Assembly (NCBI GenBank): GCA_951804945.1
Contig: OX638150.1
Coordinates: forward strand, 73,222,001 to 73,286,000
Length of the DNA stretch: 64,000 nucleotides
DNA from: Podarcis cretensis
Lineage: Eukaryota
Reading direction: 5' to 3'
Below the pieces are notes generated by a model. It saw only the letters and a program-made list of their open reading frames with translations. It had not been told where the DNA came from and did no database searches. Position numbers and translations under genes: made by a program. Positions 40,301-51,885 of this stretch are shown here, piece after piece; the stretch's first letter is position 1, and each line of letters begins with the position of its first letter.

Positions 40301-40844
40301 TCTTTCCTGGAACAATAACTTTAGCTGCTCACTTCATGTCTGCTTGCATGAGTCAGCCATTGCCTGCTAGTCTTGCTGTTTTGAAATGCAGAAAAGCATA
40401 GAGGCTGCCCTCTGGCTCCCTGTGCTTGTGCTCCAGTGATGTTAATAATATCTTGATGGGAGTGGAGATGCTCCTATGGGAATCAGGCTCAGAACTAGCA
40501 ATTTGGAGTTGTCAGTGAGGCGACCTTGAAGCCCAGAGATATTGTCTGCCTTCCAAGGAGAAAACGGGCATCTGAGGGCATTTCTCTTGTAAACCGAAAC
40601 AATAAAACCCACTTGGTTGTGAGCTTTGGTTTAAGGAAATGGAAGCTGTAGTGATGAAAGCATAACCCAAGTGGAAACAATCGTGCTCTATTCTTGCTAC
40701 AGGCAGAAGAGGCTCAAGGCCACCTTTGCTCCTAATATATCCTAGTTAAGTCAGCTATAGTTGCCATGGTATGCACACTGCTACATACAGCGGAGGGGGA
40801 GAGGGAGGAAGAAACTATGGTGTCTGTCGTAACACTGGGTTACT

Positions 40845-41340
40845 TAAGAGCATATGAAAAGCCCCGGTGGATCATACCAAAGGTTTACCTAGTCTACCAC
40901 TCTTTTTCCAAAGTGGCCAACCAGATGCTCATGTGAAGCCCACCAGTAGGATATCAGTACAATAGCATTATTTTGATTATGTTCTCCAGCAACTGGCATT
41001 CAGAAGCCTATTGACTCTGAACCCAAAGCTGCACCCATCATGACTGGCAGCCATCAACAGCCTTATCCTCCATGGGTTTGTCAAATCCTCTTTTAAGGAT
41101 CCAACCTTACCACCTACCATCCAAGTAGGTGGTAATCATTGCATATTATGATATCAAAGCCCACAGTTTAACTATGCACCGTGTTAAGTACTACATTCTT
41201 TTGTCTTTCCTGAATTAATGACCCTTAAGTTTCATAAGTACTACATTCTTTTGTCTTTCCTGAATTAATGACCCTTAGGTTTCATAAGTTGACCCTGGGT
41301 TCTTCCCATGTATGTTCTCCACACAATGCCTAATTTTAGA
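40845..41340 (-). mobile_element. Old CR1-type 3' fragment containing local rearrangements
   Basis: GGATCATACCAAAGG..TAGTC..AGTGGCCAACCAGATGC..CAGCAACTGGCATTCAGA..CTTATCCTCCATG..TTTAACTATGC is typical of a squamate CR1 3' end in reverse. Confidence 0.7.
41185..41289. repeat. 50-bp tandem duplication (2.1 copies, 1 mismatch)
   Basis: TAAGTACTACATTCTTTTGTCTTTCCTGAATTAATGACCCTTA(A/G)GTTTCA at 41185 and 41235. Confidence 0.95.
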
Positions 41341-42321
41341 AACTGGGGAGAATATTCTGGCATGAACCAAAGATTTTACAAAAGATTTTACCAAAGAGTG
41401 GGCTTGGTTGGGTGCATAGGCCAGAGGTTTCTCATTCTCAACATAGCTTTTGGAAATAGTGCCACCAAAGTTAGCGAAAGTTAAATAAATTAAACCTACT
41501 CAGTTTTGAATAGTGACATAGAATCTCTTACATTAGGGTTATAACAAATCTGAAGGATACCTGAATAGAAAAAAGTGAATTTCACACCTACTCTTCATAG
41601 GCATCTTATCCCATGTCTGATTGAATGAGAAGAAGCAGGTATTTTAAGTATTCCTCATTGTGAGGCATGGATCTATTTTTAAAAGCTGCTTCCCTTACAG
41701 ATACCATTAAAGATTGCAGAGGAAGAGGTGATGGGTGGGATGCAATTCCTATAAAGAGCCAGCTAATTTTTCAAAGCCTAGAATCTGGAAGCCAGTTTGC
41801 TTTAGCAGCACTTGTTATGGACATTTTGTATATTTCAATAGTTCATACTAACAGTAAAATTACCCAACACGGGGAAATAACTTGTGAAGCAGAGCAATTT
41901 GTGCCTTTAGCATGCCAGCAAAACACTGAATAAATCCAGGCTTATGAAACAAAATGCAGAGAAGTCAAACACATGGGTAGCAAACCTTGCCTACCACAAA
42001 CTGCTGTTATTGCTAGACATGTTAAAGTTGCAGGATTATGTTGATAAAGTGTGCAGTGGTGTAAGAGTCACCATGCCCATGTCACTGGTGCAACCACCTT
42101 CCACTCAGTGCTTATAAGGGCAATGGAAGAACTATTTTGAGTGCTGGGAAAACACAGGACAGAAGCACATTTTTTTTCAGGAAAGGCCCTTGGATCCTGT
42201 GCATGAATGACCAACCACTTTATATTTCTCATACGAAATGAACCTCTTCCCTTCCCTAAATAGGTTTTAGCTTCTGATTTATTGAGAAGTCAAGGCTTAC
42301 TTATTAAGGCAGCCTCTATAG

Positions 42322-42545
42322 TAGGAATGGGGAATTTCTGGCTTGTGGGCCTAATTAGGTCCACCAGTCCTCTGCTTTTGGACTGCCAGGCCATTTTTAG
42401 TCAAGCCACGCCTTCCTGTCCTCCACCTGACATCACACATGACATCAGGTGAGGGGAAGGTAAAGTCATGGATGGGCCAAAGAGGGGTTTTGCAAGGCTA
42501 TTCAGAATCCTGACTATCTGCTGATTGTTTGGGCTTCAAAGCTCA
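42322..42545 (+). mobile_element. Left part of a hAT element related to 5554-6047
   Basis: CTCTATAG then TAGGAATGGGGAATT; shares TCCACCAG..AGGCCAT..CAAGCCAC..CACCTGACA with the 5554 copy. Confidence 0.55.
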
Positions 42546-43471
42546 GTGCAGGGTTCTACGAATACCCAGAATCATGAGTATGTTCACAAGTTCTTTGGGG
42601 TCCTTCCAGGTTCCATTCCTGCCTGACTTCCCTGTTTTCCACATATGTACACTCCATATTTTCCCATTCACCACAGGCCCTAATGTCCTTGCCTTCTTCT
42701 TTCCTCCTTCCTCCTTCCTTAATAGAAATTTCCATTGTGCCACAAGAGGTCTCAGTGGGTTGCACATTGCCATTCAGTGTGTGTTTCACCCCTTTGTCTT
42801 TTCACAAATGATGCTCTGGTTGACTCTCAGGTCTCGAACTCACTCAGGTGTAAAGTTATAACCACAGACTTTAGCAGTGCTCAGAGTGCTTGCCCTTTGA
42901 TCCTTTAAAGAAGTAAAAGGAATGTCAAGTTACCTCTATAAAAAATAATCTATCTCACTGGTGCAAGCAGAATGGCAAGCTGTGCAACGTGCCCTTTGCT
43001 GTGGGAGAACTATTGTTTTGGCAAGGGGGTGGGACTCAGCATCTCAATGTTGTTGTTGTTTTTAGTGAACTTCACTGCAGGGAGCTTTTTGCTCCCCACA
43101 ACCACCATCTCATTCTTCTAAATAAGTTTATCACAATATGGATTCCTTTTATTAAGAGACAGCAAAAGGAAAAGCATTATATCCTTTCACAGATAGCAGG
43201 TTTGGATGTTGATTCTGGTGACAAAGGTGCTCATTTATATTAGGAGAGGAAGCTGAAAAAGAAAGTGGAAAGGGATCCCAAGCTTTATCAAGCCTAACCT
43301 CCTTAAGGCTCTCTCATCGCCTGTCCCACCAGATTACCCTACATATTCTGCATAACACTGTGCTATAAGCAGAGAAGAATGAAGACGGTGTCTAGTGGGG
43401 ACACTCTGATGCCCCCCGAAGCGGAGAACTGCTCTCCTGTAGCATCTATCAGCTAGAATATGAAATGAGAC

Positions 43472-43771
43472 AGAAGAAGAAGAAGAAGAAGAAGAAGAAG
43501 AAGAAGAAGAAGAAGAAGAGGAGGAGGAGGAGGAGTTTGGATTTGATATCCCACTTTATCACTACCCGAAGGAGTCTCAAAGCGGCTAACATTCTCCTTT
43601 CTCTTCCTCGCCCACAACAAACATTCTGTGAGGTGAGGGGGGCTGAGAGACTTCAAAGAAGTGTGACTGGCCCAAGGTCACCCAGCAGCTGCATGTGGAG
43701 GAGCGGAGACGCAAATCCGGGTCACCAGATTATGAGTCTACCGCTCTTAACCACTACACCACACTGGCTCT
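43472..43771 (-). mobile_element. Full-length Squam3-type SINE with expanded (CTC)n(TTC)n tail
   Basis: Reverse complement of 2898-3153; the tail reads (GAA)n(GAG)n at 43472-43525 and explains the poly-K and poly-L ORFs. Confidence 0.92.
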
Positions 43772-44842
43772 TTAAGAAACTTATTTGCCCCAATGCTGTC
43801 TCTGAAAGGAAGGGAGTTTTCCCTCTCTTTTGTCTTCCTGTAACAATTTAAATGCATTTCCGAGCAGAATGCCACGATTTCTTGCTGAGCTTTAGCGCCG
43901 CCATAATTACAAAGTCAAATGCAATCATTAAAACAGCAACATTTGCTTGTCACCATCTTAGATTGCTCTTCACCTCCTCCTGAACAAACTCCAACTGGAA
44001 TGAGTTGCATCAAATATTATTAAAATGTGAATGCCATTGTATTCTTATATGCGAGAACCCAACCGCCCTGCCCCCCACAACTGGACTGAGCAAACCCTTG
44101 CCTGTAGGGCCACCTCTTAGCACATCATGCCTCTTGCGCTATTAAGATGGCACGTTCATAACAGAGCTCTCCACAGCAACTCAAAAACAAAGCTTTTAAC
44201 TGTTAGTTTTACCTCCATCTCCTGCTGTCTGCCTCGTCTTATTACCTGCACATGCAGATAGAGGCGATACTAAAAGTGAGCTCAAAATGACTGAATTCAC
44301 TTTCATTTTGGCTGGCCAGCACAGGGATACTAACAAGCAAATAGCAGGGCACCTGTAAATACAGAGCTTTCTGGAAAACCAAGGAGCTGGAAAGGAGAAG
44401 GAGTGATGGGGCAGAGGAAGAAAAAGGAAGTGGAAAATAGAGAGAATGAAGACACAATGGCTTTGTGAAGTATTCTGAGAATGAGAAGCAGAGGGGAAAA
44501 GATTTATTTTAAGGACCTCATTGTATTCAAGAATTTATTTTAATTTGGTCACTTCATATTTATATTGACCTACAATGAATTTCAAAAGGAGCAAGCACAT
44601 TGATAGAGCCACACCCACCTCTAAAGTGCCTGAAATGTAATACAAACCCTGCTGTAAACATAGTGAGAGAAGACCTGTGAACTGCAGAGCAGCAGCTGGA
44701 ATGTGAAGGCCTTTCTTTTACCAGACATATGTATTTATAGAAGCGCTTACATCAGTTGTGCTTATTTTGTGTTGGACACACAAACAAACACCCGTTGCAT
44801 CTGTGTTTCAAAAAAGTTCACTTGACAGCACATGTAACACTG

Positions 44843-44844
<2 letters not shown>

Positions 44845-44879
<35 letters not shown>
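44845..44879. repeat. (GT)17 microsatellite
   Basis: Direct reading. Confidence 0.97.
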
Positions 44880-44880
<1 letters not shown>

Positions 44881-44989
44881 CAGACAAAGAGACAGGCAGG
44901 GTGTATGGTGTGGTGTGTGTGTGTGTTCAATCCTTGATATGATTAGAGGCCACAAAAAAGAGGTTTACCTTGATGTTGTCTTGCCAACG

Positions 44990-45050
44990 ATGGGCTTTCT
45001 GAAATTTCTCAGCTGCATCAGCCAGTCTCTGAAAATGGAAAAGAGCGAGG
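44990..45050 (+). other. Candidate alternative first coding exon MGFLKFLSCISQSLKMEKSE (phase 1)
   Basis: Good Kozak context ACGATGG; 20 open codons plus G; donor AGG|GTAAGT at 45051. Confidence 0.25.
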
Positions 45051-46320
45051 GTAAGTCCACAGAGAGGTAATGTGAACTGCAATAATGAAAGAGGAGTTAT
45101 TTTAAAGCTGTTCTAGCACATATGGAACCAGCTACACCATTCCTGGGGCTTACAAGGTAACAAAGCATTTTCAGCACCCTTACTAAAGCCGTTCTTGTTA
45201 TGAAAAGAGATTAATTAAAGGTTTATGGGTTCCCATGACCATCTTCTGTATGCAAATCTGATCTTGTTTAATTAAAGGAGCAAACCTGTGAGAAGCCTTG
45301 TGCTTCAAAGTCTTTTATGAGATGAATTTACTTTCCTTCATAAGGGAGGTTGGCTTCCATTGGCATTTGTGGGCAAAAATGGGCTGCAATCTGTGATGAT
45401 GTTGAAGTTAGGGCAAAATCTATCCTCTGTCCCTAATGCGAGAGCTGCTCATGGGATCTAGGATTTGCCTTCACCTCAGTAATGCCTGCAATGGAAGCAA
45501 CTTCATTTCTCCCACATTTAAGTTAATTTGGTTAGTTAGTTAATTGAATCCATGCATCGCTTCCCACCACCAAGAAGGTCTGAGTGACTCACAAAAGATA
45601 AAATGCAGGGGGTGGGATACAATCTATAGCATAATTCAACCTGCCTGTAGTTTAGGAATGACCCTAATTTGCTCCTATCTCAAATGTGTTCTTGCCTATA
45701 GAAGTCAATGCAAACCATTTCATTCCCTGGGAGAAACAGAGTATTAGTCAAGTCAGGTTTCTGCAAACACTATACTTCAAGTGGTTCAGAACAGATACAT
45801 TAACAATAGTAATCCTATCCAGGCATTTATTCACACACACGGGGCTGGGTTCAAGTAGCCGATTCTGTTATTGGAAGGTAGCACAATGACTCCTATTGGC
45901 ACTGCAAAGCTTTCCTTTCACTCTCCCCCCTGATTTCCCTTCCAGGGGGTTGGGCAGGGGAAGCCCCAGAACTGTGCCTGGGAGCCAGGTTCTGCTTGCA
46001 TGCTTCTCACAGGCATCGGTGAGAATGAGATGCTGGATTAGATAGGTCTGGTCAAGCAAGCTCTTTTTACATTCTCATGAGGTTGCTCCATCAGGGAAGC
46101 AGAAACACCTCTGCCCAGCTGCCAGACACTGACTGCTGGTGAAAGTGAAATCAAAACCACCAGAATGCCTATATTACGCAAATCCACTTGAAAAAACACG
46201 TGAACGTAATAGGCTGTATAATAGCAATTGTAACGTTATTTACTAGAAACTACTTCTCAAAATTAGATACAGCTTCTCATAACTTCAAAATCAACATCGT
46301 AACATAACCTATTAAAATGT

Positions 46321-46830
46321 AGCTTATTCAGTTAACCACCAAATCCAGTATGTACAAAATGCAATTCCTATTTTGTCAGTCCCGTAGTACATTCATTTCT
46401 AATTTCTTCATCTCCTCTTGTATTTTTCTATCTGACCTATTCCTTAGAAGAGTACCATGAAATAGTCTTGTAAGTGTCTAATGAGGATGATAAGGTTGGT
46501 AGACATAAGAAACTGGCACTGGTAGATGCTAGCACAGGTAGACAAAGACAAGGATTCCTGGATATTCCCGTTTTGCCCCAACTGAGAATCTATCATGAAT
46601 AAGATCCATGTAGCTGTTATATACAGTAACGAACCATGCACAGCTGATGAAGCCCATTGGGACGAAACATCCTCATTAGACATTTATCAGACTATTTCAT
46701 GGTACTCTTCTAAGGAATAGGTCAGATAGGAAAATACAAGAGGAGATGAATTAGAAATGAATACTACAGGACTGACAAAACAGGAATCACATTTTGTACA
46801 TACTGGACTTGGTGGTTAACTGAATAAGCT
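46321..46830. repeat. Long inverted repeat: arms 46321-46489 and 46668-46830, spacer 178 bp
   Basis: The arms align as reverse complements with about 9 substitutions and two small indels (2 and 4 nt). Confidence 0.97.
46608..46670 (+). ncRNA. Hammerhead-ribozyme-like motif (type III topology, probably degenerate), Penelope/retrozyme-like
   Basis: AUGUA cleavage context (46608-12); CUGU/ACAG stem I; CUGAUGA (46644-50); extra A; stem II G-CCC-AUU-GGG-A-C; GAAA (46664-67); ACAU pairing with AUGU as stem III. Confidence 0.55.
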
Positions 46831-48033
46831 GGTGAAAGTGGGCATGTGAAGGTATGAGTGGGGCTAGCCAGCAAGGTATCAAACCATACTCACACATTGT
46901 TTTCATGAGTGAAAAAGGAATGCAGAATAGGGCTAATATTATTCCCAGGAATGTACTGCAAATGTGCACCATCTAGAGGAAGAGAAGCTAAACCATACCA
47001 GATGTTCTTTGTTTCCAAGAGGTACATTATTGAGCTGATACCTGTTGGTCTAATTCTGATGTGCACATTTGTCTCCAAAGTGACCTGCTGATGTGACCGT
47101 TTCTTAGCAGCAGCATCAAACAGTATTCCAGCCTAAGTAGGGGGGCAGGAGGTTCTCTGATCTGCCAGGCTGCCAACTTGAGGTTGGTGGCAGCAAAGAC
47201 AAGCGACATGTGGCTCACTCACCAGTTGCAAGCAATGATCAGAGGGAAGGCCTGTACCTCCTTAGTTTATAATGAAGCATGGTGGAATATACCCACACGT
47301 ACCATGGGTGTGTTCACATGTAACACTACAATAGAGCTATATGCTGTATAGGGCTGTTGAAAATCTCTACACTATTTTTGAAGAAAATGAGTGGTGGTGG
47401 TGGTGGTGAAGCATTTAACCAATTTTAACCATGGGGAAGGTGAAATTTTCCAACAAGTTTCTTGGGAGTGGGCTTATCATTAGTATTGGCAGTAGCAGCC
47501 CCCCCCCGCAAGGGTTTTGTGTTTTTTTGGCTGCTTCTGTAAATGGCAGAAGCAGTAACTGTATTGGCCTCTGTTCTGCATTCCCCACTACGCTTTAAGT
47601 CTAATGCTCTTCTAGGACACTGTGCTGCATTTCAGAAAGCAAGGAATGGCAGTAGGTGGCGAAAATTTTGCCAAGTGGAATTCTTCTTCTGGTAGGGTTT
47701 TAAAAAAGAAAGGATTTTGGGGGAGTGGGGAGACGTATCCAGAGAAACTTCACAGCTTAGGTTATCTAAGCATAGGCTACTTGACCAGCGTTTAGTTCTG
47801 CTTTCACACTATCTTGTCTTGTTGTGTTCTATGAACCACGGGTCATGGTTCAGTATTTTAAAAAGCAACAAGCCAACTTCAAACCATGGGCAATGAAGCT
47901 GGCTTGTTTAACTAATCACAATTTGTTTTATACCACTATCTCTAGTTTGTATGACATGACAGTGCTGGTGAAGTCCTTCTCCCAGCTGCCTGGGAGCAAG
48001 AGAGTAAAGTCAGGTTCATTCCAGCTAGTGCAC

Positions 48034-48176
48034 ATCATAGAATCATAGAATCATAGAATCATAGAGTTGGAAGAGACCACAAGGGCCATCGAGTCCAACC
48101 CCCTGCCAAGCAGGAAACACCATCAGAGCACTCCTGACATATGGTTGTCAAGCCTCTGCTTAAAGACCTCCAAAGA
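48034..48176 (-). mobile_element. Young CR1 3' terminal fragment inserted into a foldback element
   Basis: About four (ATCATAGA) units, the reverse of the CR1 (ATTCTATG)n tail, followed by GTTGGAAGAGACCACAAGGGCCATCGAGTCCAACCCCCTGCC. Confidence 0.9.
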
Positions 48177-49659
48177 TGTTAAACCATGGTTTGGTATTAC
48201 TTGCAAACTGAGCTTCTGTCTATTGCAGAGGTGGAATAACATTCTTGCCAGCCTGAAGGCTCACAGTGATTTTTGCAGAATTTACAGTGCTATCAATTGC
48301 TGAGCAGATTTCATTGCTTAGCAGGAAGTTATAGGACACCCATGTAGCTAGGACCAAGCCAACATGCTGAGTTATTGGTGAAAATAAAAGTCTTTGTCTA
48401 CAGAGGATCACTCATTCTAATTTGGTGGTTACAGGATTTACCAGAGTGGTGATTTTTGTCTGAGGCCTATTTACTTTTCCTTCACTTTGACAGATTATTT
48501 TTACACTGCCAATTCAAACTCCGAGGAAAGCCAGTGTATGTATGCATAGCATCCAACCAGTCGCAATGCGCCAGCCATTCCTGTGAAGCTGTGAAGGGGC
48601 TGAGGAATCAGGTAAGATATCTGAACAAGCTCTTCCTTTAATTACAGGCTGCAGCAAGAACCTCCAGGCTGAGATAGCATTTAAAGACAGCCTGACAAGA
48701 TCTAATCAAGCGGGATGTTAAATGCAGATGCAAGAGCCATCTTCTTTGCTTAAAATGTATGAGATTTAAAAAGGGGGCAAAAGGAAGGGAGGGAAGGAAA
48801 GAAAAACCCGAAGTGATTTTGTAGAGTTTGCCGTTGAAGTGATTGCAGAAGCATGCCTCATTACTTAGCAGGAAGCCATGGGGCAGGATTTCAGCACTGT
48901 CAAGAGCAGAGCATCATCTGTCCGCCAAGCCTCATCATCCCAGCCCCTTTGGCCATCAGGAGCTTAAAAGGGCAGGAGGCTCAAAGGTTCTTCAAGGAGG
49001 TTAGGGACAATAAACGGTTCTCCTCCCAGGGATGCAGCACTCTCCTCCTATGGCTTTATTTATTTAATGCCTATTTCCAAAATATACAGGAGTCAGCTGA
49101 AAATTAGTGATGAAAACAGTTCCATCGCAATCAGATAAGAAAACACAAACAAAACCTGGGTTTGCTTCAAAGCAGCTAATGCCATTGGGAAATATGTGTG
49201 TTGTTTTATTTATCTTTCCAACAGAAAATTCAAATATCCAAGGCCTGGGCAAGATGTTTTGTGCCTGACAGCAGCTATTCCAATGAACGCTCATGGGGAA
49301 AAAAATTATCAGTACTTACTCTTTAAAAACTCTTGTTGAAAGGTTTCTGGGGTGTGAGAGATGCCTTCCAAGAAAGATGGGGATCGTTTCCAGGACAGCA
49401 CCCTTCCAGATTTTCCACTCTCCCCAGCCCTTTGCCAAGCTCTTGAGAGTTACATGAGAAGTGCTTTCATCTGCTCAGTTGTTGCCATGATATTCCCTAC
49501 CCCTCCCACAGTTGCAAACATTTGGTTCTCTAGTATGTGTTCCAAAGGAAGAAACACAATATATTATTGGTGGAAGTGCATCTGACCGGAGAGGTACAAA
49601 GCTTGGAGATACTCCTTTATCCAATGCCATCAGTGGAGGCTCAGGTGGCCTTAGTGGTA

Positions 49660-49925
49660 TGAACTGCTTGTTTCCAGGACCAGGATAGTCTGATTTCAGT
49701 AACCCATGGTACCATAACCTAATGATTGAACTATTCCAGTGTACTCTGTATGGGGCTACCCTTAAAGACAGTCTGGAAGCTGCAGTGGGTGCAGAATGAT
49801 GCTGCCCAGCTGTTAAGGGGACAGTGAAATGTGACCATATACCACCCATTCTAAAAGCACATTGCTGTCTGCCTGTGTGCTACTGGGCTCAATTCAAGGT
49901 GTTACTACAAGTGTACAAAGCCCAA
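49660..49925 (+). mobile_element. L2 ORF2 C-terminal remnant
   Basis: Decayed translation GLPLKTVWKLQWVQNDAAQLLRG..DHIPPILKA..LPV..WAQFKVLL..YKA matches the L2 motif GLP..KLQ.VQN.AAR..HI.P.L..LHWLP...FK. Confidence 0.8.
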
Positions 49926-51643
49926 GTCCTAACATTCTGAGCGTTTTGGCACATAGTATAAGATTCACTGCAGTACAAGGGATTTATACCATGGGCCTCT
50001 GCATTATTTTTTTCTCTAGGGCAGCAGGGGAGAGTAACACACTTAAAATGATGCATAGGTTAGCTTTTCATTGAAAGAAGAGAAAGGGTGCCAGTATATT
50101 TTGCCTCATACCACAGATTCTTGCAAATGCAAGCAAGCCAGTCTTTTTTAAAAATGAAAATTTGGGGTTATGCTTTATTGTGCAGAGGTTGGGGTGGGGT
50201 GGGGGGTGGGGATGTGTAATACTAAGGGTTTTGTAGGGTTTGTTTCTTGAGAGTGCAAGATGAGAGCACCAGGCCTGTACGTCAGTTGTGCTGCTCATAA
50301 TTTTAAATCAGCTTATGTTTGAAGGAAGGTGTTGGTATATCTTTGTCCTTGAGCCTGCTTACAAGTACCAGGGGTATACAGCTTTCAACTGCTGCAGCTA
50401 TAACGCAGCTCAAGTGCCTACAGCAAGACACAGTAGGCATGAGTGGGGAGATCCTAAGTGGTGCTAAGTTGCTCTACATCAGAGTATAGCACCTGCAGCT
50501 CCATATAGGAGTTTTCTCCTAGCCATGGCACCACAGCTATTTCTGGAGGGCTATCCTGGAAAACATTTCAAGAAAGGGGATTTAAAACAAAAAATAAAAT
50601 ACATAAGCATTTATAAATCATGGGGCAGGGATGGAATGATTTAAATTGGTGTCATCTAGAAAATGCCTTTTCCTTCTCTGCTGTCCAGCAAAACACACAC
50701 TGCCTCTAGTTTGTTGTGCTAAAGCTTTACAGAGCTGTGTGAAATGCATCAGAATCTTTCTTTGCCACCCAAACACAGACAATTTATTTTAATTCTCTCC
50801 AAGTACTGCCATTTTGTCGTCTGTTGCTCAGCTGAATGCAAATGTATATGGAAGCGCTTCAGAGGCAGACTATGGCAGATAGGAAAGTTTCCCACAATCC
50901 CGTGCCCAACAGCTCAACAAAATAAAAGCTGGGAAGTGGGGGATAAAGAAATTAAAGTGCAGAGAATTGATTTGTATAATGAAATTGCTGAGAAGTAGCA
51001 GTGGTTGGGGTTTGTTTTCTTTCTTATTTTTATTAAGCCAATAGGTGTGAATATACAGAGGCCAGAGATTCCAGGGGGATCAATTTTGCACCAGCAAGTA
51101 AATTAAAAACAGAACGCAAACTAAATGACAGCCCCCTTCTGGCACTAGTCAGTCTTTGCTTCAGTTCAGGAAAGGGAATGCTGCCAGGTAAGGAGAATAA
51201 TTGCAACTGTGCTTATGGAGCCAGTTCAGGTGTAAATCAGAAGGCAAAACCATTTGTCACAAGGATGTAGATTAGGGAAGAAGAACATGAAAGCATTGTT
51301 TACTTTATTGCCCATTTTGTACAGCCTAAGGGTGGAAGGGAATGTGGATGGTAGTAGGGTTAGATCTTTATTTTGTCCAGCACTTATTACAATTCAGTGT
51401 TAAAATTATACATGCGTGCACACACACCATTCATTTCAGTTTCTTCAATGTGCTGAATTCTTCACAGCATAAAGAAGGGTTTAAGAGATGCAGTAGTAGC
51501 TGCTCTTTGCTTTTGGTGTCCCCTCACCCACCCAACAATCCCTTATTTAAGTTCCATAGCAAGCTTCTAATTGCAGGGCCTGGTTTTAGCATCAACACGT
51601 ATTTCTCACCAATACCACACAGGAGCATGGCTTAATTTGATTT

Positions 51644-51885
51644 CAGTGGTACCTGAGGTTACAGACGCTTCAGGTTACAGACGCTTCAGGTTGCAGACTC
51701 CGCTAACCCAGAAATAGTACCTCAGGTTAAGAACTTTGCTTCAGGATGAGAACAGAAATCATGCTCTGGCGGCGCAGCAGCAACAGGAGGCCCCATTAGC
51801 TAAAGTGGTACCTCAGGTTAAGAACAGTTTCAGGTTAAGAACAGACCTCTGGAACGAATTAAGTTCTTAACCAGAGGTACCACTG
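51644..51885 (-). mobile_element. Tigger/pogo-like MITE, third copy
   Basis: CAGTGGTACCTGAGGTTA ... TAACCAGAGGTACCACTG|TA. Confidence 0.92.

Noticed and set aside
41185-41289. CRISPR-like array
   Set aside because: Contiguous tandem copies without spacers in eukaryotic DNA.
43453-43851. Poly-K/R and poly-L ORFs
   Set aside because: They are translations of the SINE (GAA)n tail and body.
47130-47150. CTCF-like motif (also near 40403)
   Set aside because: It lacks the leading CC of the core; such partial matches are expected by chance.
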